DNA of 64,000 nucleotides from Octopus vulgaris. Its lineage: Eukaryota. The DNA is taken from contig OX597823.1 in the NCBI GenBank assembly GCA_951406725.2, forward strand, positions 4,836,001-4,900,000, given 5' to 3'. Every line of letters begins with the position of its first letter. Positions within the stretch are counted from its first letter, which is position 1. Under the pieces are notes generated by a model that made no database searches, had not been told where the DNA came from, and saw nothing but the letters and a program-made list of their open reading frames with translations. Positions 11,703 to 25,656 of the stretch are shown piece after piece. A program made the translations under genes and the position numbers.

Positions 11703-12380
11703 CTGAAAAGAGGTAAAATTTATTCAAATTTCAAAAACGATAAACAAAAGTTGTAGAGAAAGAACAGAGCAAAAAAAAAAAAAAAAAAAACCCATAAAAC
11801 ATTAACATAAAAATATTTTTTGTATTAATTCAAATAACTTTGGAAATGATTAAAATAAATGCCCCATCACAATTACCAAATGAAATGGATTTATCTGTCA
11901 ACCAATATATAATATAAATATTTTAAATAAGGAAATGATAGGTGAATGATTTCATTGTGAGAATATTTTTGACAAAGCTGTGGTTATTTATTGTAGATAA
12001 AATGTAAATTTATGATTTCCTTCTTGAAGTATTTTCCTAATTTTTTTCTTCCTTTACTGAGAATATTTCCTTTTTTTTCTCTTTTCTTATCAGATCATTT
12101 CCGCCTCTTGTTAAGTTTATTCTGTTTTTCCTCAGGCTGTGTGTATTATGTTCATATATCTATGTGAGTGTGTGTGTGTGTGTGTGTGTGTTGGCTTGTG
12201 TAGCGTCTGTGTATTTGTGTGCATGTTTGGTTGTGTGTATCCATTCGTGTTTGTGTGTGTGTTTGGTTGTGCATGTGTTGGTGTTTGTGTGTGTGTGTGT
12301 GTATTTTTGTTTGTGTATGTGTGCATGTTTGTTCTGTGTGGGATGTGTATGAAGGTGTGTACATGTATATAGCCATATAT

Positions 12381-12480
12381 ATCGGGAAGTGGAACTGTTA
12401 CGGAAATCAAAGAATAGAGAATTGTGGCAGGACATGATCGCCTGTCCTACATTCTGGACATAGTGCCAAAACAAGAAGAA
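12381..12480 (+). mobile_element. 3' tip of an RTE-like LINE
   Basis: ELLRKSKNRELWQDMIA followed by aagaagaa tail. Confidence 0.45.
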
Positions 12481-12715
12481 GGTAGGGCAGCACACCTCTT
12501 TCTGCCCTCACTTTCCTCTTTTCTGAGTGAAACTAGTAAAAGGGGGGGGGGGGTGAGTAGGAGCCTATTCTGAGCATGCTTCTGTTGGCTGAGAATGTAG
12601 CCAAGGGGAGAGGGTGCTTGTACATGGTAGTCGGGGCCATTGAGTTTTTGTGGAGTTCCTTCAATAGGCCCCAAGCAGTCAATCCTTCTATTGGGAACTT
12701 TTATTTTTAGTTAGA

Positions 12716-12865
12716 TACAGGCATGGCCCTATAGTTAAGAAGGTTGCTTTGCAATCACATGGTTTCAGGTTCAGTCCCAATGTGTAGCACCTCGGACAAA
12801 TGTCTTCTATTGTTGCCTAGGGCAGACCAATGTGTTGTGAGTGATGTAAACTACGTGGAAGCCCC

Positions 12866-12908
<43 letters not shown>

Positions 12909-13010
12909 TGTGTGTGTGTACACATGTGCATGTCTGTCTTTGAGTTTGTTTCACTACCTCTTGACCATCGGTGTTGGCTTTTTTTGCATCTCCATTACAT
13001 AGCAGGTCCT
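12716..13010 (+). mobile_element. Degraded tRNA-derived SINE
   Basis: ggttcagtccca B box, then body and (TG)n as in the 56840 family. Confidence 0.6.
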
Positions 13011-13481
13011 CAAAAGGGACCAGTAGTAGTAGTGATAGTAGCACTGGTGGTAGTATAAAAATATCCACTGTCCCCCAGAGGGTAGCACTGTACACTTTGA
13101 GAAGTGCTGTTCAACCCAGTCACTCATCCTACTAGAAATAGCAACCAAAGTTCTTTCATATCACACACTGTCACATTACAGAAAGAAGGACGTAAATCCT
13201 CCATGTGAGAAAAGAAACCCAGAAGACAACCATGCTGGAGCACCATCGAAAGGAATTTTAATTTATCACATTGATCCAAACTTTTAATTTCAGTATGATG
13301 CTTATTTCCTTGGTTACTATTTATCAAACTGCTAAGTTACATCACTTTTTGACACAAGACTATTTTACAAAACACATATATTCAAATATATATATATATA
13401 CACCCCCAAATATGTATATATATGTGTGTGTGTATAATGTCTATATTATATTATATTATATTATATATATATATATATATG

Positions 13482-13530
<49 letters not shown>

Positions 13531-13635
13531 CCAGAGTAAACACATAAATGTGAAACAAGGTGGAAAAAAAGAGTACTCAAATACCAGTGGTAGAGTAATA
13601 TGCTTTATTTAAAGCAGCAGAAAATTCTACAAAAC

Positions 13636-13673
13636 CTGTTACTCTGAGTTTCGCGTTGCCGTTCATCGGACAG
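13636..13673 (-). ncRNA. Minimal type I hammerhead ribozyme motif (CCGAUGA core)
   Basis: Minus strand CTGT-CCGATGA-ACG-GCAA-CGC-GAAA-CTC-A-GAG-TA-ACAG. Confidence 0.7.
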
Positions 13674-13686
13674 TTTTTGCTAGAAA

Positions 13687-14212
13687 AGTGTCCGAGCTCT
13701 AAACCCTAACCCTACGATTTACATTGATTCAAACACCTGGCTTAAAACAGGCAACTGATGACAAATGAATGCTGCTGCATTGGAAATAGATGACCAGTAC
13801 AACTTCCTGTATGTCGATAATGAAGGCTTTTGATTGTGTAAAATTTCTAACTTGTAACGGTTTGCAACATTTTTATTGATAATTTTAATCAGTAATTAAT
13901 GTGATTTTCATAAGTAGCATGCAAAACTATATTGGCAAAGTTAATTTGGAAAAAAAAGATGGGACCTGCAAATGAAACAACAAGGATCTCAATAACTGTT
14001 GTCGTCACAAACATGGCATCTTATTAGAAACATGAGGTTTAATCCTCCAAACCTCTATAATCAAAATCATTTTGCTATTGAAGCCTAGTTTTAGACAGAA
14101 AAATGATGACAAGTGATGCAGTTATGGAAGTGAGACTTCTGCTATGCTGACAGTAGAGGCTTCCAATTGGTCAAAAATTTCAAACTTCAAAGGTTTGTAA
14201 CATTTTTATAAT
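13687..14212 (+). repeat. Copy 1 of a ~525-bp near-identical direct duplication
   Basis: Matches 14906-15432 with only a few substitutions. Confidence 0.92.
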
Positions 14213-14905
14213 TACAAATGTTCTTCTGCTTTAAATAAAGTATATATATATATATATATATATAATACACACACACACACACACATATATATAGAGAGAG
14301 AGACAAATAAAGATGTTTTTCATGCTGTTCTTAAGTTTATTTATCTAAAACCCACTCCCAGGCCGTGTGGTTCCATCACTTACTTCAAACTTCCATGTTT
14401 CCGCAAATATTGCTTTAAAACGAGCCTGTACAATCACAATGTTGCCTGTGATATATTTTAGGGCAGGAAATCCTGTTTTATTTCTCACACTAGAGAGTTA
14501 CAATTAGGGTAGGTAACAGAATGATAGAGAGTTACTAAACCAGCCATATATTCCCAGTGGGTTCTCACACAACTACTTCCTTTCATGTTGGCTTTGTATA
14601 TTCATTATAAACACTCTGTTGAAAAAGAATAATGTAAACACATAGTTACCATTTATTCTAGTTTACTCATCATTAAAATAGAAATAAAAGTTTAGATTTT
14701 TATTGTTATTACATTACCTCTCCAGAATTAGATACCCTTGCAAGTCACTGGTCACCATTTCTTTCTGTCTTAAACTCTTTGTTTCCTCTCTATGGCCCCT
14801 TCTCCAAGACCTTACTTGAAACAATAAAATGCAGCCAAACTGCTTATGATAGTATTCAGTCCTTTATCCTTGTGACAATAAATGGATCTTTACTGAATTG
14901 TTTAC

Positions 14906-15432
14906 AGTGTCCTAGCTCTAAACCCTAACCCTACGACTTACACTGATTCAAACACCTGGCTTAAAACAGGCAACTGATGACAAATGAATGCTGCTGCATT
15001 GGAAATAGATGACCAGTACAACTTCCTGTATGTCGATAATGAAGGCTTTTGATTGTGTAAAATTTCTAACTTGTAATGGTTTGCAACATTTTTATTGATA
15101 ATTTTAATCTGTAATTAATGTGATTTTCATAAGTAGCATGCAAAACTATATTGGCAAAGTTAATTTGGAAAAAAAAAGATGGGACCTGCAAATGAAACAA
15201 CAAGGATCTCAATAACTGTTGTCATCACAAACATGACATCTTATTAGAAACATGAGGTTTAATCCTCCAAACCTCTATAATCAAAATCATTTTGCTATTG
15301 AAGCCTAGTTTTAGACAGAAAAATGATGACAAGTGATGCAGCTATGGAAGTGAGACTTCTGCTATGCTGACAGTAGAGGCTTCCAATTGGTCAAAAATTT
15401 CAAACTTCAAAGGTTTGTAACATTTTTATAAT
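14906..15432 (+). repeat. Copy 2 of the ~525-bp duplication (probable source)
   Basis: agtgtcc.agctctaaaccctaaccctacg ... aggtttgtaacatttttataat shared with 13687-14212. Confidence 0.92.
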
Positions 15433-16389
15433 AGATTTGCATAAAAAAGGAAAAAAACAAACAAATGTGATTTTCACAATTAACATGCAAAACTACACCA
15501 ACATAGAGAATTTGAGAAAACAGCAATAAAGATCCAGACAACTTTTGTCATCAGAAGCATAGGACGTTTTTTGTCACAAATATAGGATCTTGTCCTTGAT
15601 TCAAGCAAACCTCTATGACCAAATACATTTTTAGCAATGATTTGGCTATTATTAAAATTTACATTAAATACGTAAAAGACAAAAATGCTGCTGCATTGTA
15701 AACAGATGACAATTACAACTTCTGTTATGTTGATGACAAGGGCTTCCAATTGGCTGAAATTATTAACGATAAAGCTTGGTAATTGCTTTATTATTAATTT
15801 GTGTAATGTAAACAAATGGATATGATTTTCATAATTAGCTTGTAAAACTATATCAGTCAAGAAAATTTAAATTAACCAGACATTGTGAATGAAAAGAAAA
15901 AGATCCTGAATAAAGAAAAAAGTGAAGAAGAGTGTTGATTGCCAAAATATTATTCAACAAAGAAAACATGATGTGGTCTCTTGATTTGCTAGAAATAGCA
16001 TCCAAACCACCTCAAATCACACTCTATCCTACCATGGCAATTCCTACTACCAGCATGTTGAATTTCGTTGCATCTGATTGGTTGAAAATCCCCAAATTTC
16101 AGTTTGTAACTTTTTAGTTATTCATCTCTTCAAAAGATGGTTGTAACTTTTTTTATTAGTATAAGGAAACTAGACTGGGGTAGAAATGTTCAATAGAAAG
16201 CAAAGTAGTATTTCAAACAAAAGTCAATTCTTATCTAATAAAAAAAAATGAAATGTACAATATAAGAGAAGAAAGGATGGTCATGGTTGGAACACCATAA
16301 GTTATGTGTAACCATTAGTTATTCATACCCACCGGTTATATATATATATATAAGATAAATATATATATATAAGATAAATCTTTCAATTA

Positions 16390-16456
16390 ACCTGAAGATT
16401 GACTGTAACCATAACTCAAATTATTACGAATTGTACAGCCATGAAACGATCGTAGT
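16390..16456 (+). ncRNA. Hammerhead ribozyme-like motif
   Basis: AC-CTGAAGA-TTGACTGTA...TACAGCCAT-GAAA-CGATCG-TA-GT; stem I only 2 bp; in a (TA)n-flanked insert. Confidence 0.55.
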
Positions 16457-18582
16457 GTTTTACTCTTTATCGTTTATTAAACTTTTAATACTTTTGATAT
16501 ATATTTAAAATAATATAAATGAATTAATTTTATGTATTGGCTTATGTTTTTCATTGTTTGATTTGCCTAATAGTGGTTTTATCTCTAATTTAATATAATA
16601 TATATATATATATATATATATCTCCAACTATTGTATATATATGTAATGCATGTTTGTTATGATAGCTGTAACAATAAGCAATGGCTCTTGTCTCATCAGA
16701 AGGTAGTAATTCTTTTGAGATGGGGTGGTCATAGTATAATTGGTAAAGCATGCAAGGTAAAGAGAGATATCATAGATTTTCTTTGTATAGGTGTGTTGGT
16801 GTTCTCGTCATTGTGTTGTAGTAAACCACAGATAGAGACAGGGTCATGTTGTTGAGAAAAGAAAGTGAGGTGGTGAAAGTGAGAGTGATGGGACGAAATA
16901 ACTGTTTCATTGGTGAGTTATCATAGTTGTCTCTCTCTCTACCTTTTCCTTCAGAGACAGCATTTCATTACGCCGGTCAGCCAGACTCAGTTTTCACTGA
17001 CTGACTTTGGCTTACAGAGTTCTTGTATTCATAACTATATAAAACTAGCTAGAAAAATAGGTATATTGCAGAGAACAAAATATATTCTTAGAGGAAGCAA
17101 CTGTTATCTCAATTCTACTCATGAAATCAAATCAGAATCAAAAATGGAAATTGTAGTTGTGGCCAATGCCAGTGCCACCTGACTGGCTCTCATGCTGGTG
17201 GCACACAATAAGCACCTTTCATGCATGGGTCGTTGCCAGTGCCTCCTGACTGGCTCCCCATGCCTATGGCATGTAAAAATCCGAATGTGGTTGATTCAGG
17301 TTCGAATCTACTCTATGCCTAAATGAAGTCACTACATATATACACATATAACTTTTTATCTTTTACTTGTTTCAGTCATTTGTGGCCATGCTGGGGCACC
17401 ACCTTGAAGGATTTTTAGTTCAATGAATTGACTCCAGTACATGTTTTTTTACAAGTCTAATACCTAGGTTTGTTCGAACAGACGGTCATATAGCTAACTA
17501 GAAGCAATGGCCTCTGGGAGCTAATCAACGGCAGCTTTAGTCTTATATTTATGGACTGCCATATTAGCTTGGCGATAACTGTTAATTACAAGAACATCTA
17601 TTCATGGTCTAATCCTGTTTTCGTTTTATCAATGAATGAAAACTATGATATCCGGTTGTTCGATAATGGTGGCTTCTGATTGGCTAAAATTTTTGATAAA
17701 ATTAATTCGTATGGCAAAGTAGAGTGCAGAATATTTAGTAACATTTCTTCTGCGCTCAAATTCTTTAGAGGCTGACTTTCCCTTTTATCCTTCTGGGGGT
17801 CGATAAAATAAAGTATCAGTCAGGTGTTGGGGTTGATGTAATCAACCCACTCGCGAAAAACTGGTAGCCTTGTACCAAAATTTGGAAAGAGAGAAAAAAA
17901 TTGCGATTTTCGTAAATTACCAAGCAAAATTAGAAAATTTGAAAAAAAAATATCGGACATTGAACGAAACGGCAAAGATCTGAAATCAGGATAGTAGATA
18001 GACGAAACTAAATACTGTCAAACATTTAATCCGGTATTTTGCCATTTGTTATACCACTCTGAACCAGTCTCCATTATATCTCTATATCCACCAGACACAA
18101 ACGACAGAAGAGGGTTAGGGGAAAAAGAGATAATGTTTATCCAGTTTTCTGTGAACAAAGGGAAACACATCAACAATAGCAAGAACAACAAGAATAATTG
18201 ACTATTGCCTTGAAGAAAACTCAAAACTTCACTTAAATATTTTTTTCTCTCTCCTTTTTGTTTGTCTGTTAGTCTTTTTTTTTTTTCTCCAAGACATTCT
18301 TCTCTCTGGTATCTCTGTTTACATGTTGTCTGGTTTACAAAAGGTTATAAGAAGAGGGAAGCTAATTTTACCAGGTTTTATCTTGCCACAACATCTCTGT
18401 GTCTGTCTGTCTGTCTGGGGACATTAGGGTTAGTGAGGGCTGCATTACAAACATCTAGATTCATACATCACATCCTGGATACTGAGAAAATGTATTCAAA
18501 GCGCCATAACTAAAATCTCTAGACAATAACAAAAATAAAAAAAAGGCACACCAACACCATTTCGTTCACCCCCACCCCCACC

Positions 18583-18747
18583 CGAATTGTTTCCTCATAA
18601 CTTCCAGAAAAACTGATATTTTTATATGAAATTTTCAACAAATACACTTCAGATAGTGTAGATACTAGTTTACACCTTCTGAAGTATGTTTGTAGGAAAT
18701 TTCATTAAAAAAATATCTTTCTGGAAGTTATGAGGAAACAAAATTCG
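18583..18747. repeat. Palindromic MITE-like element
   Basis: ttgtttcctcataacttccagaaa mirrored by tttctggaagttatgaggaaacaa; flanking C-run and G-run extend the symmetry. Confidence 0.75.
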
Positions 18748-19623
18748 TGGCGGGGGGGGGGGGACACTTGTGTATACCAACACACATACACACATACATA
18801 CATCTGCACTATATAAGTTGGAATTTTGTTTTTATTTTTGTATTCTACATCTCAAAACCTTAAAAAAATGTTTTAAGCCATGTTTTTTTCCACATCACCA
18901 ACCATCATTATTTTCGTTAGTTTTCACCATGCCCAGATTTCATCATTTTATTGTATTCCACATTCTGAAATGCTTATAATTCGCATTTTCTTTTTAAAAA
19001 TTTGTATCTGCACCCTTCATCGTATCTTACAGATTTAAACTGATTTTTTGTTTGTTTGGCAGAATTTCAAGTGTTTCAGAAAGTGCAAGGCAATAAAACA
19101 ACGAAATTTGGGTGTAACAACAAATAACGAAAGTAGTGATAGTTGTTGTCATATAAACAGCAGAGATTAAAACTTATTTTCTTTGAAGTTTTTCCTTTAT
19201 TGTTTTGAAGTGTAAAATAAAAAGAGAGAGAGAGAGAGAGGAAAAACTGACAAAAGTGAAAATTCCAACTTATGTAAGATATCTTTTTTCGAAAGTCTGC
19301 CGAAATTAGTGTTACATCGAGTGGTTATTAAAGATATATTTAAACCGAGTAAACGGTCAAGTTTGATGGAAGTCTGGAATAGGTTGCCGACATAGATTAG
19401 ATTTTCTCCATTTTGACGGGGAATTTTTCAAATTTTTCACACCTTGCATTTCAAATGATGTGGGGAGGGCATGAAAAACTTTTTCAAAATCTGATTTTTT
19501 TTTCTCCTTTCCAGGGGCCTTTGGGGCAGATTTTTCCAAATTTGTTTTTGCACCAAGCTTACCCTCACAACAGTGATCACGATTATAATTCTTCCACTTT
19601 TTTTAAAGAGAATTAAACGCAAT

Positions 19624-20391
19624 GGATCTTTTCCTTTTGAATGGCATATGTCAACACAATTTCTAGTTAACTAAACACATTTAAACTTCGTATACTGGTA
19701 GAATGTGTTTATAAAACATCATTTTTTCTTGGCTTTATTGAGAAAATTCTATAGTTTGTAAGATATTTCCATTTTAAAATCGAGCATTTCGGCAATTTTA
19801 ACCAATCGCTCACCTCCATTTGGGGTGAAAACATTCCATGCTGTATGAATATGTCCCTCAGAAACAGATTGGGTTTATTTACATTTGCAAAGAAAAAAAG
19901 ATACCCTTCCCCCACCCCTAACCCTAAAACAGATTGAAATGCAATAGATCGATACTAGGGTTATAATTATGGGTGACAATTTCATACGACACTGCTATGG
20001 AAAATTGGATTTTTTTCTAGCAGTGTTAAATAAAAATATCACCCATAATTATAACCCTAGTATCGATCTATTGCATTTCAATCTGTTTTAGGGTTAGGGG
20101 TTGGGGAAGGGTATCTTTTTTTCTTCGCAAATGTAAATTAACCCAATCTGTTTCTGAGGGACATATTCATACAGCACGGAATGTTTTCACCCCAAATGGA
20201 GGTGAGCGATTGGTTAAAATTGCCGAAATGCTCGATTTTAAAATGGAAATATCTTACAAACTATAGAATTTTCTCAATAAAGCCAAGAAAAAATGATGTT
20301 TTATAAACACATACAACCAGTATACGAAGTTTAAAAGTGTTTAGTTAACTAGAAATTGTGTTGAAAACTGCTGTTCAAAAGGAAAAGATCC
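19624..20391. mobile_element. 768-bp palindromic non-autonomous DNA transposon with 8-bp TSD (Merlin-like)
   Basis: ~370-bp TIRs starting GGATCTTTTCCTTTTGAA; TSD AACGCAAT at 19616-19623 and 20392-20399. Confidence 0.9.
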
Positions 20392-22459
20392 AACGCAATC
20401 TTTTTTTTAACTCTAGTAGAATAAAATCTTAAAACAATAATGAAACCGTATTGGAAAGTTTCTTTATTTGCATATATAAACAGGTACATCTTTTAGAACA
20501 TTGTCATTTTATAAGATTTTGCTGACAAATTCTTAAATTCATAAATATTAGTGAAATGTAAATTAAATATGCACCATTTTATGTGAAACAAACATTAATA
20601 TGCAGCATGAAACTTTGTCAGTGAACAGGTCGCGGTCTCAAAGCGCCGGAAATATTTTGACAAATCAAATTTAAATGTTGAAGTGAATCTAACGGTTTTT
20701 GTGTGTTTCTTAAATGGCTTATAAACACCTTCCACGCTGCAATTGTTTTTCGTTCTAGTACACGATCTCAGATCAAGTCACTTGCTATGCAAGTACATCT
20801 CCGTTTAATAATTAATATTATAAAGTTTAATAAGGGGCTCAAATTTCACCACCTCCCCCAATTTTAAATTTTGAACTTTTTCATCCATCTATTTATCCCT
20901 ATCCGTTTATTCATAAAATGTATTTACCAACTCAATGTGGCGGTCCAATAGAGGACGGTGTTAATGTTTTTAACTCCAGGAAGACATTCATATCTGTCTG
21001 TTTATTGAATTAAAAGTTTTGTAAACGTGGTTTCTTGCATATTCGGAATCTCCGTCATCGAAAACTTTTGAAAAAAAAAAATGTCGACAAAAGTTTTAAA
21101 TTTTAAATTGGGGGGGATTTTAAAAAAAAAAGTTTTTTGGCATATTTGTTATCTCGGACATCTAAAACGTGGGAATCCGAAAAAAACAAACAAAAAAAAA
21201 AGCATTTTTTCTGGAGACGTGCGATTCTGCCAAATTTCGGAATCAGAACATGCTGCATTGGAAGAATCGAGATACAGCTGTGATCGGGGAAAAACTTCTG
21301 CCCCCGATTTTCTCCCAAATTTGTTTATTTTTGTGATTTTTTTGCCAAAAATCCCCGTTTTCGGATACGGAGGTTCCGGAAAATTGCCAAAAAATCGGCA
21401 TTGTGAAATCTCCCCCCCCCACCTTCCCCCGCAACTAATTCAATTTTAACTTTTTTCCCCAACATAACCCTAACCCTAAAACCCTAAAACCGCAACCGTA
21501 AGTACAGAAATGTTTTGAAATTTTTGTCCGTATTTTTCCGCATATTTATAAAAAAAAAAAAATTTACAAAGATTTTTGAAAATTTTTTTCAGAATCATAA
21601 TCTCTATATTTTCCTGCATATTTTGAAAAAAAAATCGTGAAAAAAGTTTAAAATGAAGGAAATGGGGGTGGCGGTGGTAATTTAGAAATTACTGTTTTCT
21701 TCAGATCCTTCATCTGTTCATGGCTCAATACTTTCAGTTGCGCATTTGTAGTGCGTTGAGGAACTCTTTACAATGGCAAGTTGATAGTAATCGTAAATAT
21801 TCCCATTTACCTGGGGCGGGGATAGAGAAGGTGTTTGACTTAATCCAAAAATTTTCCAAAATTTGACTTCTTTAGGGAGGGTGATTGATGACAGAAGGGT
21901 AATTTCTAGTGACAAATAAACATATTGGTACGTGATCATCATGGCATTTAAGATATATCGCTGCTTTCCTAATGTCTCCTCGTGAACATGTCATAAGTCT
22001 GCATACAAAGGTTCCAGTCGGAGAATGGGGCTCGTGGGGTCGGAGCGTAACCCATCTCTATGCTTCATTTCATGTTTGTATTTTGTCCTTGTTGTATCTC
22101 ATTCGATTTCATTATATTTTGTAAAATTTTAAAAGTCATATAATCATTGTGTGTCTGACCCCAATCAGGCTGTATTGTCCCCCTCTATGTTTGGGCCCTT
22201 GTGGCTAATAAAGAAACAAGATGTAATCTATGATCGGACAAGCTTTAGCTATCACTACCTCATTGAGAAGGAAAAGAGCAGGGAATTGGGTGTTACTTTC
22301 TGTAAAAGAATTTTTGATGAAAACATTTACTTTCTTAGATTTTTGATAACAATCGCCATTGCGGAAGTACGCCGACCAACTATTAGACCCATCTCACGTA
22401 ATAATTTATTTAACAATCATTTAGTACATAGAAAAAAAAAGTGGCTGTCAATAATTTGT

Positions 22460-22700
22460 AAATGCTGTCACGAGCTTTCATATGACTGGCAAGTCCGGCT
22501 TTGGACAAATAGACCCAAATGCTGAGGTTAGAAACATTTTCAGACAGAAAGTTGAGTCTCCTTTACGAAGTGCTCCTTCCAAGATGGAGTGTTCAATTCT
22601 CTCTGCTTCAACTGCTTTACAACCATCGTAAATCGCTTCTTTCAAATCGATCGAGTTTCCGTCATCTGTTCCCAGTCTTAAATATGCACACTTAGGGTCT
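22460..22700 (-). pseudogene. Degraded LINE (RTE-like) C-terminus
   Basis: Minus frames EAIYDGCKAVEAERIEHSIL..ALRKG and LSKAGLASHMKA, resembling an RTE C-terminal zinc-finger region. Confidence 0.5.
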
Positions 22701-23928
22701 TAAGATTGTTTTTAACAAGGCAGTAATGCGCGTACATAAAAACTTGTGCAATGAAAACACTTTAGATATTCTCCATAGAAAACTTCATCGCCAAAATGAG
22801 CGAACGTAGAAAAAAATTTTGGATCGATTTCAAGCGTGACTTTTCCATGTGTAATAATAAAAATTATTATATCTGTGTTTTTGATATTAAGATTGAAAAA
22901 AAATCGACCTTGTTAAAAAATTTTGGACCTGATTTTGGCAAATTCATTCCCGTGCCACTGTCCCTGAAGTATATCCTAGCTTAACTCTTTTCTCTTTTGA
23001 TTTTACAATTAAAATGAATTTTTTTCCCGACAGTAGCGACGGAGGGGAGAAACCATTAAAAAAAATCTTAAATCCATGTTTTTTTTCAAACGTCCCTCCA
23101 CCCGCATCGTGCCTTTGGAACATCAACCACCGCTAAAATAATATTTTTCTTTCATTAATTTTCATTTTATAGTTTTCCACATTCTGAAAAATAAAAAATT
23201 AATTAAAAACTGCTTTACTCTCCCCCTTCACCTCTTGCTTGTTTCCTTCCCAATTCGAGACGAAGATTTACCGTCATTTGATGTGTGAGAGACAAACTTT
23301 GAATTTTGTTAGAAATTATCTACAAAACAATAATTTCAGTCGTTTAAAATGTAGAAAAGAATACATATATTAGTTGGAAAGTATAATGAAACCAAAAAGA
23401 TATCTTTGTTTTCTCCCGCTCTGTGTGAAAATAAGAGTTTATTTCTACTTGGGTTTGTCTTGGGCGGCAGAAGGAAAGAAAAATGGTAAAATTGAATCTG
23501 ATGGGAATTATGTCCAAGTAAGTCAGGTAAGTGATAGTCTATTGTTGTTTTTCTCTGAAACTTTTATGTCATATAGAAAAAAAAAATCATTGAATTGCAA
23601 AAGTATGAAAAAACCCCGAAAAACAATGAAAAAGCAATAAATATATTGTACTTGGAATGACCAATTTTAAATACTTTTGAATCTTGCTCATAAGGTTTGG
23701 AATCTTATATTGTGTATAAAACTCTATATTTAGAATGAACAATTTTAAATTCTGTTGGATTTTTCTCATAAGCTATTGGAATCTTACATATATACCATAT
23801 TCTGCCTAAAAAATGGATCTACAAATTCAATATCCCTACATATTTCACATCTATTGTCTTTCCTCCACCTCTCTCTCCATTTTGTATCACATCTTAATTT
23901 AATTATTTCTTAACCATCCTCTCTCACC

Positions 23929-23980
23929 GTTTCCGACGAAGGGATATCATTAATAAATATCCTGGAAACAGCTGTAAGAC
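23929..23980 (+). ncRNA. Minimal type I hammerhead ribozyme motif (CCGACGA core)
   Basis: GTTT-CCGACGA-AGGGATAT...ATATCCTG-GAAA-CAGCTG-TA-AGAC. Confidence 0.7.
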
Positions 23981-24825
23981 CTTCTATCTGTAAATGTTCT
24001 AATATCTACACAGCCTTGGGTTTTTTTTTATCTCATTTCGCCAAAAATTCTTCTATAATTATATAGGCCTTCCCCACTTTTAATATATCCTGCTTTATAT
24101 CTTAGAGTGTACCTCTTTCGGATGACAAATATATTTATTGGGAAAGATACGATGGAGGGATGTGGAGCAAGAATTTTTCTTTTAATGCAAATTTCAAGTG
24201 CTTCAGAATGTGGATTGTATACATATGTAATGTTTCTGTGGACACATTTCCTTGGTGTCCACACATCGTATATGATACACAGGACATATTTCCCTGGATG
24301 TACCTGCATTTTGGTGGAGCTGGACGTCAGTCATCCTCACGAAAAGAAGAAAAAAACCGAACCTTCGGGGTAAAATGGGTTTTACTCGAAAATTTTACCT
24401 TTTAAATTCCCCACCTTTTTTGGAAATTTTTTTTTTCAATCTACGTGAAAAAATACGGAGATTAGCAATATGGCAAACAACAAATTAATTTCAAATTTTA
24501 TATGAAAAACTCCAAATTTGATCCCCCCCCTCGCCACCCAGCAAAAAAGGGTGCGCACGCGCAACAATCTCTGCGGCTCACTGAAAACGAACGGTTGGAA
24601 CAGGTGAAACAGCAGGTTTTACATACCTGTAATATAGGTCGAAAATGAGTTGGACAGGCAAATTAGTTTTTTAGAATGAGAAATACAAAAAGTAGCGGAA
24701 AATAATAATAATAATAAGCAATGGGTTTAATGCGAATTACAAGTGTTTCGATAAAATAGGGGGTGGGGGACTACTACTAGCGAACAGTGGTCCCGGTGCG
24801 CGCACACGCACATCCGCGCTAGCTA

Positions 24826-24935
24826 GTCGTAAGTAGTCGATCCTAAATAATTATTTAAACTAAGTAAATAAATTATTTTTATAAACAAACTGATGTTAGG
24901 GTTAAAAAGTCGTTGTAGAATCGACTACTTACGAT
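24826..24935. mobile_element. 110-bp MITE-like inverted repeat
   Basis: TCGTAAGTAGTCGAT (24827-24841) / ATCGACTACTTACGA (24920-24934), TA on both flanks. Confidence 0.6.
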
Positions 24936-25642
24936 TAAAAATAAAAAACAGGATGAATTTTTTTTTTCAATGGCTCTCCTCCCTTCCTATTGTTTTGAAA
25001 TGTGGAAAAATCCTGACAAAAACGGGAAGTTTGTCTTTATAAGTCTAAGACATTGAAAGTATCATTTCAGCAATCTTTGTAGTAGTAGGAAGTAGCACTA
25101 GAACTAAAGTATATGAATCCAGGTTCAAACTAATCCCGCGGTGCCTTTTTTTTTTTTTTTTGAAACCGATTACAGATTACCAGGTGGTAAACTTGGAACG
25201 TGTGTGGAACTGGGGTAGATTGAGGTGTTTATACCAGCAGTGGGACTATATGTTCTTGATAGGTGGACTTATCCCATCACGATTTAACACCACTTGGACT
25301 TTAGATACGTTCACTCTGTTGTAAAGCACTTGGACCATATTCTGTGTCTCGGGGTGACTTGCCTCTTTTTCCTACTCCTCTCAGAGACCCTTTATAATGT
25401 TCATTGGAGTTGATTTCTTCAGAGACCGAACCCTAACCTCTGACTATATCCCTATCCTTCCCATATTTCTTTCAAATCTTCTCGACCCCTGCACCTTCTG
25501 TTAGTAGCATCCAGTCATTCTACATTATTTCTTTCGATCAGTTCAATTCTTTCAATACAGTGATGTTCTGACTTCAAAATTTGAAATCTAAACTATTGAT
25601 GATGTCATAAACGATTTCTCCATAAACTGAGACAATTTAGTT

Positions 25643-25656
25643 GTTGCCATGGTAAT
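25643..25656. promoter_or_regulatory. RFX X-box-like motif
   Basis: GTTGCCATGGTAAT versus the X-box palindrome GTTGCCATGG(C/T)AAC; TGATGTCA ~40 bp upstream. Confidence 0.3.

Noticed and set aside
21466-21500. Telomere-like AACCCT repeats
   Set aside because: Only 2-4 imperfect units, and the same motif occurs inside local transposon fragments; not an interstitial telomere array
24094-24405. Overlapping ORFs after a cttAG acceptor
   Set aside because: No recognisable domain; adjacent to a ribozyme-bearing repeat; open frames on both strands consistent with chance
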